From Candidatus Binatus sp. (GTDB lineage: Bacteria; Desulfobacterota; Binatia; Binatales; Binataceae), in NCBI RefSeq assembly GCF_030646925.1, contig NZ_JAUSKL010000004.1, forward strand, positions 11,064 to 75,063: 64,000 nt of DNA, read 5' to 3'. Position 1 is the stretch's first letter; every line of letters begins with the position of its first letter. The translations under genes and the position numbers were made by a program. The notes under the pieces were generated by a model. It searched no databases, was not told the origin of the DNA, and saw only the letters and a list, made by a program, of their open reading frames with translations. This document shows, piece by piece, positions 54,120 to 63,594 of this stretch.

Positions 54120-55289
54120 ATGAAAGCGATTTCAATTCTAGGCTCGACCGGTTCGGTGGGCGTGACGACGCTGGACGTCGTCGGCCGCTTCAAGGATCGA
54201 TTTCGCATCGTCGCGATGGCGGCTGGCCGCAACCTGGATTTGTTCGCCGAGCAAGTCAAAGCGTTTCGCCCCGAACTGGTTTCGGTCGCGACGCCGGAAC
54301 TCGCGAAGGAACTCGCTGAACGAATCGGCGGCGAACGCGTGACGATCGTTCATGGACTCGAAGGCGCGATCGCGGTCGCGACGCATCCTGAATCGAAGCT
54401 GGTGATGTCGGCGCTGGTCGGCGCGATGGGACTCAGGCCGACGTTGGCGGCGATCAACGCGGGCAAGGATATCGCGTTTGCGAACAAGGAAGTGCTGGTG
54501 ATCGCGGGCGAGTTGATCACGGCCGCGGTGGAGAAAAATCGCGTGCGCCTGTTGCCGGTCGATAGCGAGCACAACGCGATCTTTCAGTGCCTCGAAGGGC
54601 GCGGCCGCGCCGGGCTGAAGAGAATCATCCTCACCGCGTCGGGCGGGCCGTTTCGCGAACTGCCGGCCGATCGATTCGCGTCGATTACGATCGAGCAGGC
54701 GCTGAAGCATCCGACCTGGACGATGGGCAGCAAGATTACGATCGATTCGGCGACGCTGATGAACAAGGGCCTCGAGGTGATCGAGGCGCGCTGGCTGTTC
54801 GATCTCACCGCGGCGCAAATTTCCGTGGTGATTCATCCGCAGAGCGTGATCCATTCGATGGTCGAGATGGTCGATGGGTCGGTGATCGCAGAGATGGCGA
54901 TTCCCGACATGGCGATTCCGGTGGCGTACGCACTTGCGTATCCGGATCGCTTGCCGATGCCGCATCTGAAGCGGCTGTCGCTGGTTGAAACCTCGAAACT
55001 TACATTTGAAGACCCCGACCTGGGGCGCTTTCCGTGCTTGAGGCTCGCTTATGACGCGCTCGAAGCGGGGCACACGATGCCGGCTTGCCTGAACGCTGCG
55101 AATGAAGAATTGGTGGCAGGATTTCTCGGCGGGAGAGTGCGTTTCGCCGACATCCCGGGGCATCTCGAATCGGTGATGGCGCGTCATCCGAATGCGCCCG
55201 CGCGGACGATCGAGGACCTGCTGGAGACGGACGGATGGGCACGCGCGGCGGCGCGAGAACTGATCGCGGCGAAATCGGTCGCGGCTTGA
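54120..55289 (+). CDS. dxr: 1-deoxy-D-xylulose-5-phosphate reductoisomerase
   Basis: ILGSTGSVG, ANKEVLV, PVDSEHNAIFQ, LTASGGPF, HPTWTMGSKITIDSATLMNKGLEVIEA. Confidence 0.97.
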   Translation: MKAISILGSTGSVGVTTLDVVGRFKDRFRIVAMAAGRNLDLFAEQVKAFRPELVSVATPELAKELAERIGGERVTIVHGLEGAIAVATHPESKLVMSALVGAMGLRPTLAAINAGKDIAFANKEVLVIAGELITAAVEKNRVRLLPVDSEHNAIFQCLEGRGRAGLKRIILTASGGPFRELPADRFASITIEQALKHPTWTMGSKITIDSATLMNKGLEVIEARWLFDLTAAQISVVIHPQSVIHSMVEMVDGSVIAEMAIPDMAIPVAYALAYPDRLPMPHLKRLSLVETSKLTFEDPDLGRFPCLRLAYDALEAGHTMPACLNAANEELVAGFLGGRVRFADIPGHLESVMARHPNAPARTIEDLLETDGWARAAARELIAAKSVAA

Positions 55290-55293
55290 GATC

Positions 55294-56217
55294 ATGGGCA
55301 GCGTGCAAACAAATCCGCAGATCAACCCGGCGTTCGCGCTGGCGTCGATTCCAACGTCGGCGCCGCCGGCTGGTGATTTCGACCTCGTGAGCGCGTATGA
55401 ATTCTGCGCGCGGCTGGCGCGATCGCACTACGAAAACTTCACCGTCGCGTCGTGGCTGATGCCGCGCGAGATGCGGCCGCACATGTACGCGATTTATGCG
55501 TACGCGCGGATGGCCGACGATTTCGCGGATGAGCATCACGATGTCGCGATGCTCGATGATTGGGAGCGGCAACTCGACGGGGCCTACGATGGCACGCCGC
55601 GGCATCCGGTGTTTATCGCACTCGCGGACACGGTGCGCCGCTTCGAAATTCCGCGCGCGCCGTTCAAGAATCTGCTCGTGGCGTTTCGCTCCGACGTAAA
55701 CTTCAAGGGGTTCGACACGCTGGACGATCTGTTCGCGTACTCGCGCAATTCGGCGAATCCGGTTGGTCGGCTGGTGCTCTACCTGTTCGGTTATTGCGAC
55801 GCAGAGCGACAACGGTTGTCGGACCTGGTGTGCAGCGGATTGCAGCTCGCGAATTTCTGGCAGGACGTCGCGATCGATCTGACCAAGGGCCGAATCTATC
55901 TGCCGCGGCGTGACATGGAAAAGTTTGGCGTGAGTGCGGCGGAGCTCGAGGCGCATACGCCGTCGAAGCAATTTATCGAACTGATGCGTCATGAAGTGGG
56001 CGTCGCGCGCGCGATGCTGCTGGAGGGCGGCGAGCTGCATCGCGTCGTGGACAAGCGGCTGCGCCGCGACATCGTGATGTTCGCCGGCGGCGGGCTCGCG
56101 ATCCTGCGCGCGATCGAGCGGGTCGGATACGACGTGGTTCGCGCACGGCCTGAACTCAAGAAATTCGACTATCTCAAACTGGGATGGAGCGCGCTGCGTG
56201 GGCGGCTCGAGGGCTGA
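55294..56217 (+). CDS. hpnC: Hydroxysqualene synthase
   Basis: ARSHYENFTVASWL, YAYARMADDFADE, YSRNSANPVGRLVL, LQLANFWQDV..D..GRIYLP. Confidence 0.92.
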   Translation: MGSVQTNPQINPAFALASIPTSAPPAGDFDLVSAYEFCARLARSHYENFTVASWLMPREMRPHMYAIYAYARMADDFADEHHDVAMLDDWERQLDGAYDGTPRHPVFIALADTVRRFEIPRAPFKNLLVAFRSDVNFKGFDTLDDLFAYSRNSANPVGRLVLYLFGYCDAERQRLSDLVCSGLQLANFWQDVAIDLTKGRIYLPRRDMEKFGVSAAELEAHTPSKQFIELMRHEVGVARAMLLEGGELHRVVDKRLRRDIVMFAGGGLAILRAIERVGYDVVRARPELKKFDYLKLGWSALRGRLEG

Positions 56218-56218
56218 A

Positions 56219-57121
56219 GTGGCGGTCGCGGCATCGGCGTCCTCGAGCGCGCACAACGGCGCTTTGCTGGAAGCGGACTACGAGCGATGCGCGCAAGTGA
56301 CGCGTCGATCGTCGTCGAATTTTTACTACGCCTTCATGCTGCTGCCGGCGGAGCGGCGCCGCGCGCTGCATGCGGTGTACGCGTTCTGCCGTTTCGTGGA
56401 TGACATCGCAGACGATGAATCGGTGCGCGATCCGGCGTATCTGCTGGACAAATGGCGCGACGAATTGGGACGCGTCTACGCGGGCGATCCAACGCGGCCG
56501 GTGTCGCGGGCGCTGGCCGACAGCGTGCGGCGATTCAGGATTCCGCGGCGGCATTTCGAAGATGTGATCGCGGGCGTTGAGATGGATCTCTCGCGCGATC
56601 GCTATCCTACGTTCGAGGAGCTCAGGCTGTACTGCTATCGCGTCGCGTCGGCGGTGGGACTGATTTGCATCGAGATTTTCGGGTACCGGAATCCGTCGGC
56701 GAAATCGTATGCGGAGAATCTCGGTATCGCATTTCAGCTCACGAATATTTTGCGCGACGTGCGGGAAGATGCCGGACGCAAGCGAATTTATCTTCCGCTC
56801 GAAGACCTGAAACGATTCGGCGTCAGCGAGGATGACATCCTGCGCGGCGTCTATAGCGGCAATTTTGTCAGCCTGATGGATTTTGAAGCGAAACGAGCGC
56901 GGCAATTTTACGAACTCGCGCTTGGACAACTTGCTCCAGAAGATCGAGCGACGCTGCTGACGGCGGAAGCGATGCGATTAATTTACGGCGCGCTGCTCGA
57001 GCGGATTATCAAATCGAATTATCGCGTGCTCGATCGGCGTCACAGCCTTTCGGCGCCGCACAAACTTTACCTGGTCGGGCGCGCGTGGGCCGCAAGTCGA
57101 TTAAGCGCGCGGATCGGATGA
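56219..57121 (+). CDS. hpnD: Presqualene diphosphate synthase (alternative start GTG 56198)
   Basis: SSSNFYYAFMLLP, YAFCRFVDDIAD, YCYRVASAVG, AFQLTNILRDVRED. Confidence 0.92.
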   Translation: MAVAASASSSAHNGALLEADYERCAQVTRRSSSNFYYAFMLLPAERRRALHAVYAFCRFVDDIADDESVRDPAYLLDKWRDELGRVYAGDPTRPVSRALADSVRRFRIPRRHFEDVIAGVEMDLSRDRYPTFEELRLYCYRVASAVGLICIEIFGYRNPSAKSYAENLGIAFQLTNILRDVREDAGRKRIYLPLEDLKRFGVSEDDILRGVYSGNFVSLMDFEAKRARQFYELALGQLAPEDRATLLTAEAMRLIYGALLERIIKSNYRVLDRRHSLSAPHKLYLVGRAWAASRLSARIG

Positions 57122-57134
57122 CACTTAATTCCGA

Positions 57135-58508
57135 ATGACCACAACCAATACGATGCCTGGCGCGAAGGATGTGGTCGTAATCGGCGCCGGATTCGCCGGA
57201 CTTAGCGCCGCCGTCGCGCTGGCCAGCAAGGGGTTTCGCGTCGTCGTGCTCGAAGGCAAGCCGGCGCTGGGCGGACGCGCGTATTCGTTCTCCGACGCGG
57301 AGACCGGGGATTTCGTCGATAACGGCCAGCACGTGCTGATGGGTTGCTACAGCGAGACGCTCGATTTTATCGAACAGATCGGCGCGCGCGACAAGCTGGT
57401 ATTTCAGGAGGATCTCGAAATCGAAATGCTGGCCGGAGCGGGACGAAGCGCGCGGCTTCGGACCAGCCGGCTGCCGGGGCCGTTGCATATGTCGGGCGCG
57501 CTGCTCGGTTATGGTCATCTGACGACGCGCGAGCGAGTCGCGGCGATGCGCGCGGGGTTCAAGTTGCTGGCGATGCGCCGGCGCGGAGAGTTGAAGAATC
57601 TGACGGTGTCCGAGTTGATGGATCGGCTCGGGCAGTCGGAAAATGCGCGGCAATGTTTTTGGTATCCGATATCGGTCGCGACTCTGAATGACGAGCCCGA
57701 ATCGTCGTCGGCGGAATTGCTGGCGGAGGTTCTGAAGCGCGCATTTTTTTCGCGCCGCCGCGACTCGGCGTTTGTCTATTCGCGGGTGGGGCTCAGCGAT
57801 CTCTATTGCACGGGCGCGAAACAGTTCATCGAGCGTGCGGGCGGCGCGGTCGAAACGCGGGCGACGGTTGAGATGCTCGAACCGGGTGAGGGCGGAAGAA
57901 TCCAGAGCGTGAGGCTTCGCGGCGGACGGCGAATCGAGGCGTCGAATTTCATCGCGGCGGTGCCGGCGCCCCAGTTGATGCGGCTCTTGCCGGAGAACGC
58001 GGTCGCCAACAATTTCTTCGCGCGGCTGGCGGGGCTGTCCAGTTCGCCGATTATCTGCGCGCACGTATGGTTCGATCGCGAAATCACCGACTCGCCGTTC
58101 GTAGGATTTATCGACACGACTACGCAATGGATGTTCAACAAGCGGCGCATCTTCAGCGAGCGCGGCGAGCAGCATCCGGGGTACCTGAGTTTCGTGATCA
58201 GCGGCGCGCGCAAGCTGATCGATCTGGGCAACGACGAATTGATCGCAATCGTGATGCGCGATCTAAAGCGGATGATACCGGCCGCGGCGGAAGCGAACGT
58301 CGTCAAATGGCTGGTGCTCAAGGAAAAACAGGCGACGATGGCGCCCGACCTGAGTTCGCATGAACTGCGGCCGACGGTCGAGACGCCGATCCCGAATTTT
58401 TTTCTGGCGGGCGACTGGATCCAGACCGGGCTGCCCGCAACGATCGAAAGCGCGGTGATTGCGGGACGCGCGGCAGCAAATGCGATAGTATCGCGGGCGG
58501 GCGGATAA
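57135..58508 (+). CDS. hpnE: Hydroxysqualene dehydroxylase (FAD)
   Basis: IGAGFAGLSAA, LGGRAYSF, VDNGQHVLMGCY, LAGDWIQTGLPATIESAV. Confidence 0.92.
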   Translation: MTTTNTMPGAKDVVVIGAGFAGLSAAVALASKGFRVVVLEGKPALGGRAYSFSDAETGDFVDNGQHVLMGCYSETLDFIEQIGARDKLVFQEDLEIEMLAGAGRSARLRTSRLPGPLHMSGALLGYGHLTTRERVAAMRAGFKLLAMRRRGELKNLTVSELMDRLGQSENARQCFWYPISVATLNDEPESSSAELLAEVLKRAFFSRRRDSAFVYSRVGLSDLYCTGAKQFIERAGGAVETRATVEMLEPGEGGRIQSVRLRGGRRIEASNFIAAVPAPQLMRLLPENAVANNFFARLAGLSSSPIICAHVWFDREITDSPFVGFIDTTTQWMFNKRRIFSERGEQHPGYLSFVISGARKLIDLGNDELIAIVMRDLKRMIPAAAEANVVKWLVLKEKQATMAPDLSSHELRPTVETPIPNFFLAGDWIQTGLPATIESAVIAGRAAANAIVSRAGG

Positions 58509-58511
58509 GCG

Positions 58512-59525
58512 ATGGCGCCGGAAAAAACAAGGACCGCGCTCGTCACCGGCGCCAACGGATTTGTCGGGAGCCACGTTGCGCGCGCGTTGCTGGCGCGCGG
58601 CGATCGCGTGCGGGTGCTGGTGCGCGAGCAGGCTGATCTGCGCGCGCTGGCCGGCCTCGACGTGGAAATAATCCGCGGCGATTTGCGCTACTTCGATTCG
58701 GTCGAGCGCGCGGTCAAAGGATGCGACGAGGTCTATCACGTCGCGGCTGATTACCGGCTGTGGGTGACGGATCCCGCGCCGATGTACGCCACCAACGTCG
58801 AGGGGACCCGGCACGTGCTGCGCGCGGCTGCGGCATCGGGCGTAGTACGAATCGTATATACGAGCACCGTGGGGGCGCTGGGGATACCGCACGGCGGAAT
58901 CGGGAAGGAGGACACGCCGTCCTCGCTCGACGATATGCCGGGGCATTATAAGCGATCGAAATTCATGGCGGAGCAGGAGGCGCTCGCGGCGGCCAAAAGC
59001 GGCGTGCCGGTGGTAATCGTGAATCCTTCAACGCCGATCGGCGCGCTCGATTTCAAGCCGACTCCGACCGGACGAATCATCGTGGATTTTCTGAATCGGC
59101 GGATGCCGGCTTACGTCGAGACGGGGCTGAATTTGGTCGATGTCGAGGACGTCGCGCGCGGCCATCTGCTGGCGGCGGAGCGCGGACGTATCGGTGAAAA
59201 ATACATTTTGGGCGGGGAAAACGTCACGCTCAGGGATTTTCTGGGACGCCTCGCGAGCATTTCGGGACTGCCCGCACCGGTTTTGCGGATTCCGTACGCG
59301 GTTGCGTTTGGCTACGCGCTCGGTGCGGAAGCGTTTGCCCGCGCGGTGACGCGCCGGGCGCCGCGCGCGAGCCTGACCGAAGTGCGGATGTCGCGCAAAC
59401 GGATGTTCTTCGATTCGTCGAAAGCGCAGGCGGAGCTGGGCTACGAGCCCAAGGCGATCGAAGGTGCGCTTCGTAGCGCGATCGAGTTTTATCAGTCGCA
59501 AATTACGTCCAGGAGCGCTGCATAG
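58512..59525 (+). CDS. hpnA: Hopanoid-associated NAD-dependent epimerase/dehydratase
   Basis: VTGANGFVG, HVAADYRLW, HYKRSKF, VNPSTPIG..D.KPTPTG, ERGRIGEKYILG. Confidence 0.9.
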   Translation: MAPEKTRTALVTGANGFVGSHVARALLARGDRVRVLVREQADLRALAGLDVEIIRGDLRYFDSVERAVKGCDEVYHVAADYRLWVTDPAPMYATNVEGTRHVLRAAAASGVVRIVYTSTVGALGIPHGGIGKEDTPSSLDDMPGHYKRSKFMAEQEALAAAKSGVPVVIVNPSTPIGALDFKPTPTGRIIVDFLNRRMPAYVETGLNLVDVEDVARGHLLAAERGRIGEKYILGGENVTLRDFLGRLASISGLPAPVLRIPYAVAFGYALGAEAFARAVTRRAPRASLTEVRMSRKRMFFDSSKAQAELGYEPKAIEGALRSAIEFYQSQITSRSAA

Positions 59526-59528
59526 CCA

Positions 59529-60500
59529 ATGCGTCTGCTGCTACTGACTATTGCGCTGCGTCCGTACGTATTCATTTTCCTGGCGAGTTTTTTACTAATT
59601 GCAATAGTCAATTTCGGAATCCGCACTACTATACTGTTCGGGGTGCTGACTTACGTGGTGTCGCTCGCGTGCGAGTGGTCGTCGGTGCACAACGGGTTCC
59701 CGTTCGGCTTGTATCACTATATCGAGACGACTCGCGGGCGCGAGCTTTGGGTGTTCGGCGTGCCTTTCATGGACTCGCTGTCATTTACGTTCCTGGGCTT
59801 CGCGAGTTACACGGTGGCGTTGCTGCTGAGTGCGCCGCTTTATCGGCGCGGCGCGGACGTGCGGCTGCTCGACACGTGGGAGATACGGCGCGCGCCGCGG
59901 GTGTGGCTGATGGCGGCGCTATTCATGGTCATGATTGACCTGGTGGTCGATCCGCTGAGCGTGCTGGGCGACAGGTGGTTTCTCGGCAAGATTTTCTGGT
60001 ACGACCCGCCGGGGCCTCATTTCGGGGTGCCGATCAGCAACTATCTGGGCTGGTATTTGGTGGCGGCGATCACGATCGCGATTTTCCAGTTCCTCGACGC
60101 GCGGCTGAATCGAAGCGGGGATGCGCCGCAGGGAGCGATGCCGTCGTTGCCGTCGCGCGCGCTGCTCGGGGCGGCGCTTTATTCGGGAATAGTCATTTTC
60201 GGTATCACGATGCTATTTCGAATCGGCGCGCCGAATATAGGATGGGCGGCGGTGTTTATATATTTGCCGTTCCTGGTATTAGCCATTCATATACTCACTC
60301 GGCGGGATTGCTATGGCGACGCCGCCGCGGTCGAGCGCCATCTGAAAGATTTTCCCTATGAGCGTGGCTTGCCGGTGTGGAAGGGCGACGCCGAGAAAAG
60401 GGCACGAGTGTCGAACGGGCCGGGTGCGTTGGCGGGCGATCCAGCACCCTCACCTGCCTCGTCGCGTTCCGCGACTTCGGCTTCCTCTCCCGTAAGATAA
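59529..60500 (+). CDS. CruF/DUF422 'carotenoid biosynthesis' membrane hydratase-like protein
   Basis: EWSSVHNGFPFGLYHY, FGVP, IDLVVDP, WYD..G.HFGVPISNYLGW. Confidence 0.8.
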   Translation: MRLLLLTIALRPYVFIFLASFLLIAIVNFGIRTTILFGVLTYVVSLACEWSSVHNGFPFGLYHYIETTRGRELWVFGVPFMDSLSFTFLGFASYTVALLLSAPLYRRGADVRLLDTWEIRRAPRVWLMAALFMVMIDLVVDPLSVLGDRWFLGKIFWYDPPGPHFGVPISNYLGWYLVAAITIAIFQFLDARLNRSGDAPQGAMPSLPSRALLGAALYSGIVIFGITMLFRIGAPNIGWAAVFIYLPFLVLAIHILTRRDCYGDAAAVERHLKDFPYERGLPVWKGDAEKRARVSNGPGALAGDPAPSPASSRSATSASSPVR

Positions 60501-60614
60501 CGGGCGAGGGAATCAGGACGGAGCGGCGCGGCTTTCAATATATTTGGGGTTGTGACAAGCCGTTGTAGCAAACGTGAATCGTCGATCTTTAATCGGACCG
60601 CAGAGGAAACACAG

Positions 60615-61415
60615 ATGCTGCTAAAAGACAAAGTCGTGTTGGTCACGGGCGCAGGCTCTGGAATCGGACAAGCGAGCGCGATTCGATTTGCGCAGGAAGG
60701 CGCCAAGGTAATGGTCGCCGACGTGCGAGCGGAATCGGCCAGCAACACCGCCGCGATGATCGAGAAGGCCGCGGGCACTGCGAAATCGATCGCAGTGGAC
60801 GTGCGAATCGGGGCGCAAGTCGAGCGCATGGTCAACGAAACGGTCAAAGCGTTCGGCCGGCTCGATGTGCTGTTCAACAACGCCGGCGTGTACGTGCCGA
60901 AGAACGTCGTCGATACCACCGAAGAGGAATGGGACTGGGTGGTGGACGTTTGCATGAAGGGCGTGTTCTTCGGGTGCAAGTACGCGATTCCGCAGATGAT
61001 CAAGCAGGGCGGCGGCGTGATTATCAATACGGCGAGCGGCGCGGGCCTCGAGGGGGTGCCGAATCTCGGCGCGTATCAGGCGGCGAAGGGCGGCGTGGTG
61101 ATCATGTCGAAGGGAATTGCGCTGGATTTCGCGCGGCATCAGATTCGATGCGTTTCGATTTGTCCGGGCGTGATCGAGACGCCGATCGCGGAGAATTGCA
61201 ACCAGGCGCCGGCCGGGAGTTCGTCGCAGGTGTGGGAGCGCACGGGCAATATGCATCCGCTGGGGCGCAACGGAAAGCCGGAGGAGGTCGCGGCGCTGGC
61301 GGCGTTCCTCGCTTCGGACCAGGCGGCGTTTATCACCGGAGTGGCGGTGCCGATCGACGGCGGATTCAATGCGGGCGCGTTCATCCCGCCGAACCGGTCG
61401 CGCGCCTCTTCTTAG
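60615..61415 (+). CDS. Classical SDR oxidoreductase
   Basis: TGAGSGIG, NNAG, YQAAK, CPG, DGG. Confidence 0.92.
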   Translation: MLLKDKVVLVTGAGSGIGQASAIRFAQEGAKVMVADVRAESASNTAAMIEKAAGTAKSIAVDVRIGAQVERMVNETVKAFGRLDVLFNNAGVYVPKNVVDTTEEEWDWVVDVCMKGVFFGCKYAIPQMIKQGGGVIINTASGAGLEGVPNLGAYQAAKGGVVIMSKGIALDFARHQIRCVSICPGVIETPIAENCNQAPAGSSSQVWERTGNMHPLGRNGKPEEVAALAAFLASDQAAFITGVAVPIDGGFNAGAFIPPNRSRASS

Positions 61416-62169
61416 CGGAGGGGAGGTCGCCGTCGTAAGCGATCGCTTCGAGGGCGTCGGCGATAGATTTAGTCGCGCGCCCGAGATTGCGAATCATCTT
61501 GGGCAATTCGAGCACGACGCCGGGATTGCGCACGAAAAAGGAGGTCGCGGCAAGCGGGCGCACGCGGCCCTGCTCGTCGAGCATCTCCGCGCCGGGAACT
61601 TCGTCGTCCACTTCGTCGAGCACGGCGCGAATCGAGATGAATGGAATTCCGCGAACGCTCGCTTCGTCGGCGATAGCGGCGGTTTCCATGTCGACGGCGA
61701 TAGCGCCGGTGTGGTCTTTGGCGCGGCGTTTCTCGGCGGCGCTGATCACGCGATGCATGGTCAGCATCGCGCCGATCGAGTGGCGGAGACCGGCGCGAGT
61801 CAGCGCGCGGCCAGCGTCCTGAAGGTCTGATGCTGCGATCGAATCGACGCGCCGCGCGACTTCGCTGCCGGCGTCGAGCATCAGAATCCGATCGGCGAGA
61901 ACCAGATCTCCGGGCTTGAGACCGGCGGAGAGCGCGCCGGCCACGCCAGTGGCAATTATTTTTTCGGGCTCTGGAACGAGTTCGAATGCGCTGAGCGCGG
62001 TTTCGCGCGCGCGGCGATGCCCGATGCCGTGACCGATCACGGTGAACTGCTTGCCCGCGACGGTCGCGGTGAACCCGTGCAAGCCGTGGTGCGAAATCGG
62101 CGATCGAGGTTTGCAGCGTCGTTTGAACGGCGCGATCTCGCGGGCGAATGCGTAGAAGAGCAGTATCAC
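61381..62169 (-). CDS. hpnG: Purine nucleoside phosphorylase-fold protein, probable adenosylhopane nucleosidase
   Basis: GIG, TGVAGALSAGLKPGDLVL, AVDMETAAIA..RGIPFISIRAVLD, GRVRP; position at the hpn cluster. Confidence 0.75.
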   Translation of the reverse strand: MILLFYAFAREIAPFKRRCKPRSPISHHGLHGFTATVAGKQFTVIGHGIGHRRARETALSAFELVPEPEKIIATGVAGALSAGLKPGDLVLADRILMLDAGSEVARRVDSIAASDLQDAGRALTRAGLRHSIGAMLTMHRVISAAEKRRAKDHTGAIAVDMETAAIADEASVRGIPFISIRAVLDEVDDEVPGAEMLDEQGRVRPLAATSFFVRNPGVVLELPKMIRNLGRATKSIADALEAIAYDGDLPSAKKRRATGSAG

Positions 62170-62326
62170 TGAAGCGATCTCATAGCTGGAAATCCGCGCG
62201 ACGGTTGAGCGTCGGCGCAGATGTTAGCAGAATTGCTGCGGTGCGCTTCATCCACGAGATTTATTTCACCGCTTCATCCAGTTTGCACGATGCTGGCGCA
62301 AACCAGCGCGAGCGCGGGAACTACGA

Positions 62327-63187
62327 TTGAAGCGGCTGATCGTCAATGGTGACGACTTCGGCCGGTCGCCGGAGATCAACGCCGGCATCGTGAGAGCGCA
62401 TCGCGAGGGAATCCTGGGCAGCGCGAGCCTGATGGTCGCAGAGCCGGCGGCGCGCGAGGCAGCCGAGTTGGCGAAGAGCAATCCTGCGCTCGACGTCGGG
62501 CTGCATGCGGTGGTGTGCCGGGGGCGGAGCGTGCTGAATTCGTCGCGGCTCGCGGGCGCTGTCGGCGACTCGGGCGAGTTTATCGAGAGTCCGGTTACGG
62601 CGGGGATGCGATATTTTTTCGACCGCTTGCTGCGGGCGAAGATGCGCGATGAATTGCGGGCGCAAGTCGAGCGGCATCTTGAGTTGATTGGATACTTGAA
62701 TCACATCGATGGCCATCTGAACTTTCATGTGCATCCGTTGGTCGCCGACATCCTCGTGGAGCTTGCAGTCGAGTACAAAGTGCCGTGTATCCGGTTGCCG
62801 CGGGAGCGCGTGATGACGACGCTTAGGTTGCGGCGCGATCATGCGGCGCGAAAATTGATCGAGTCGGTAATTTTTCGGACGCTCTCGAGGCGCACGCGCC
62901 GATTGATGGCCGAGCGAGGACTCAAATCGACGGATGCGCTCTTCGGACTGCATCAGAGCGGGCATCTGAGCGAGGACTACGTCGTGGGCGTGATCGAAAA
63001 ATTGCGCGACGGCGCGACCGAACTCTATTTTCATCCGGCGGCCGATGTAGGCGGCGTTCCTCCGCCGGCCGAGGCGCAGCTTGAGGTCGAAATTCTCACC
63101 AGCGCGCGCGTTCGCGAGTCGATCGATCGGCGCGCAATCAAGTTGATCACGTTCGCGGAGTTGGGAAGAGGGGAAGGAGAGGAGTAA
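62327..63187 (+). CDS. hpnK: ChbG/HpnK (YdjC) family deacetylase
   Basis: LIVNGDDFG, SASLMV, VGLH, HIDGHLNFHVHP, GLHQSG, ELYFHP. Confidence 0.8.
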   Translation: MKRLIVNGDDFGRSPEINAGIVRAHREGILGSASLMVAEPAAREAAELAKSNPALDVGLHAVVCRGRSVLNSSRLAGAVGDSGEFIESPVTAGMRYFFDRLLRAKMRDELRAQVERHLELIGYLNHIDGHLNFHVHPLVADILVELAVEYKVPCIRLPRERVMTTLRLRRDHAARKLIESVIFRTLSRRTRRLMAERGLKSTDALFGLHQSGHLSEDYVVGVIEKLRDGATELYFHPAADVGGVPPPAEAQLEVEILTSARVRESIDRRAIKLITFAELGRGEGEE

Positions 63188-63215
63188 AGAAACCGAAACC
63201 CCTTACGGGTTTCGG
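63185..63215 (-). terminator. Hairpin whose U-tract faces the minus strand (possibly bidirectional)
   Basis: Stem CCGAAACCC (63193-63201)/GGGTTTCGG (63207-63215); followed on the minus strand by TTTCTTT. Confidence 0.5.
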
Positions 63216-63594
63216 GCTTCCCGTCCGGAAGATGCGCGCTACGCGCTGTTAGTATGAGGAAAAGGAGTTCAGTGAGGCACTGTTCGCGCTTGGGAGGTAT
63301 CGCGATCGGGGCGCGGGACCAGGCTGATCACGTTTGCGGACCTGGCGCGCGACGCTGGCGACGAGAGAAAAGAAAAGATCCGGGATTCTTCGGCGTCGCA
63401 GCCTTAGCCTCAGAATGACAAATTTGGTGAAATTTGGTTCCTGGAGCAAGTTCACAAACTCTCAGAAATAACAAGATTGTGAAATTCGCTTAATGCTGCG
63501 TCTCTGCGAGAGTTGTGAAATTTTCAAAGTTGGAGCGGTTCGTCCGTTGCTGAAAAATTCAAACACTGTCAGCAGAGGATCGTCATGGGGGGAC

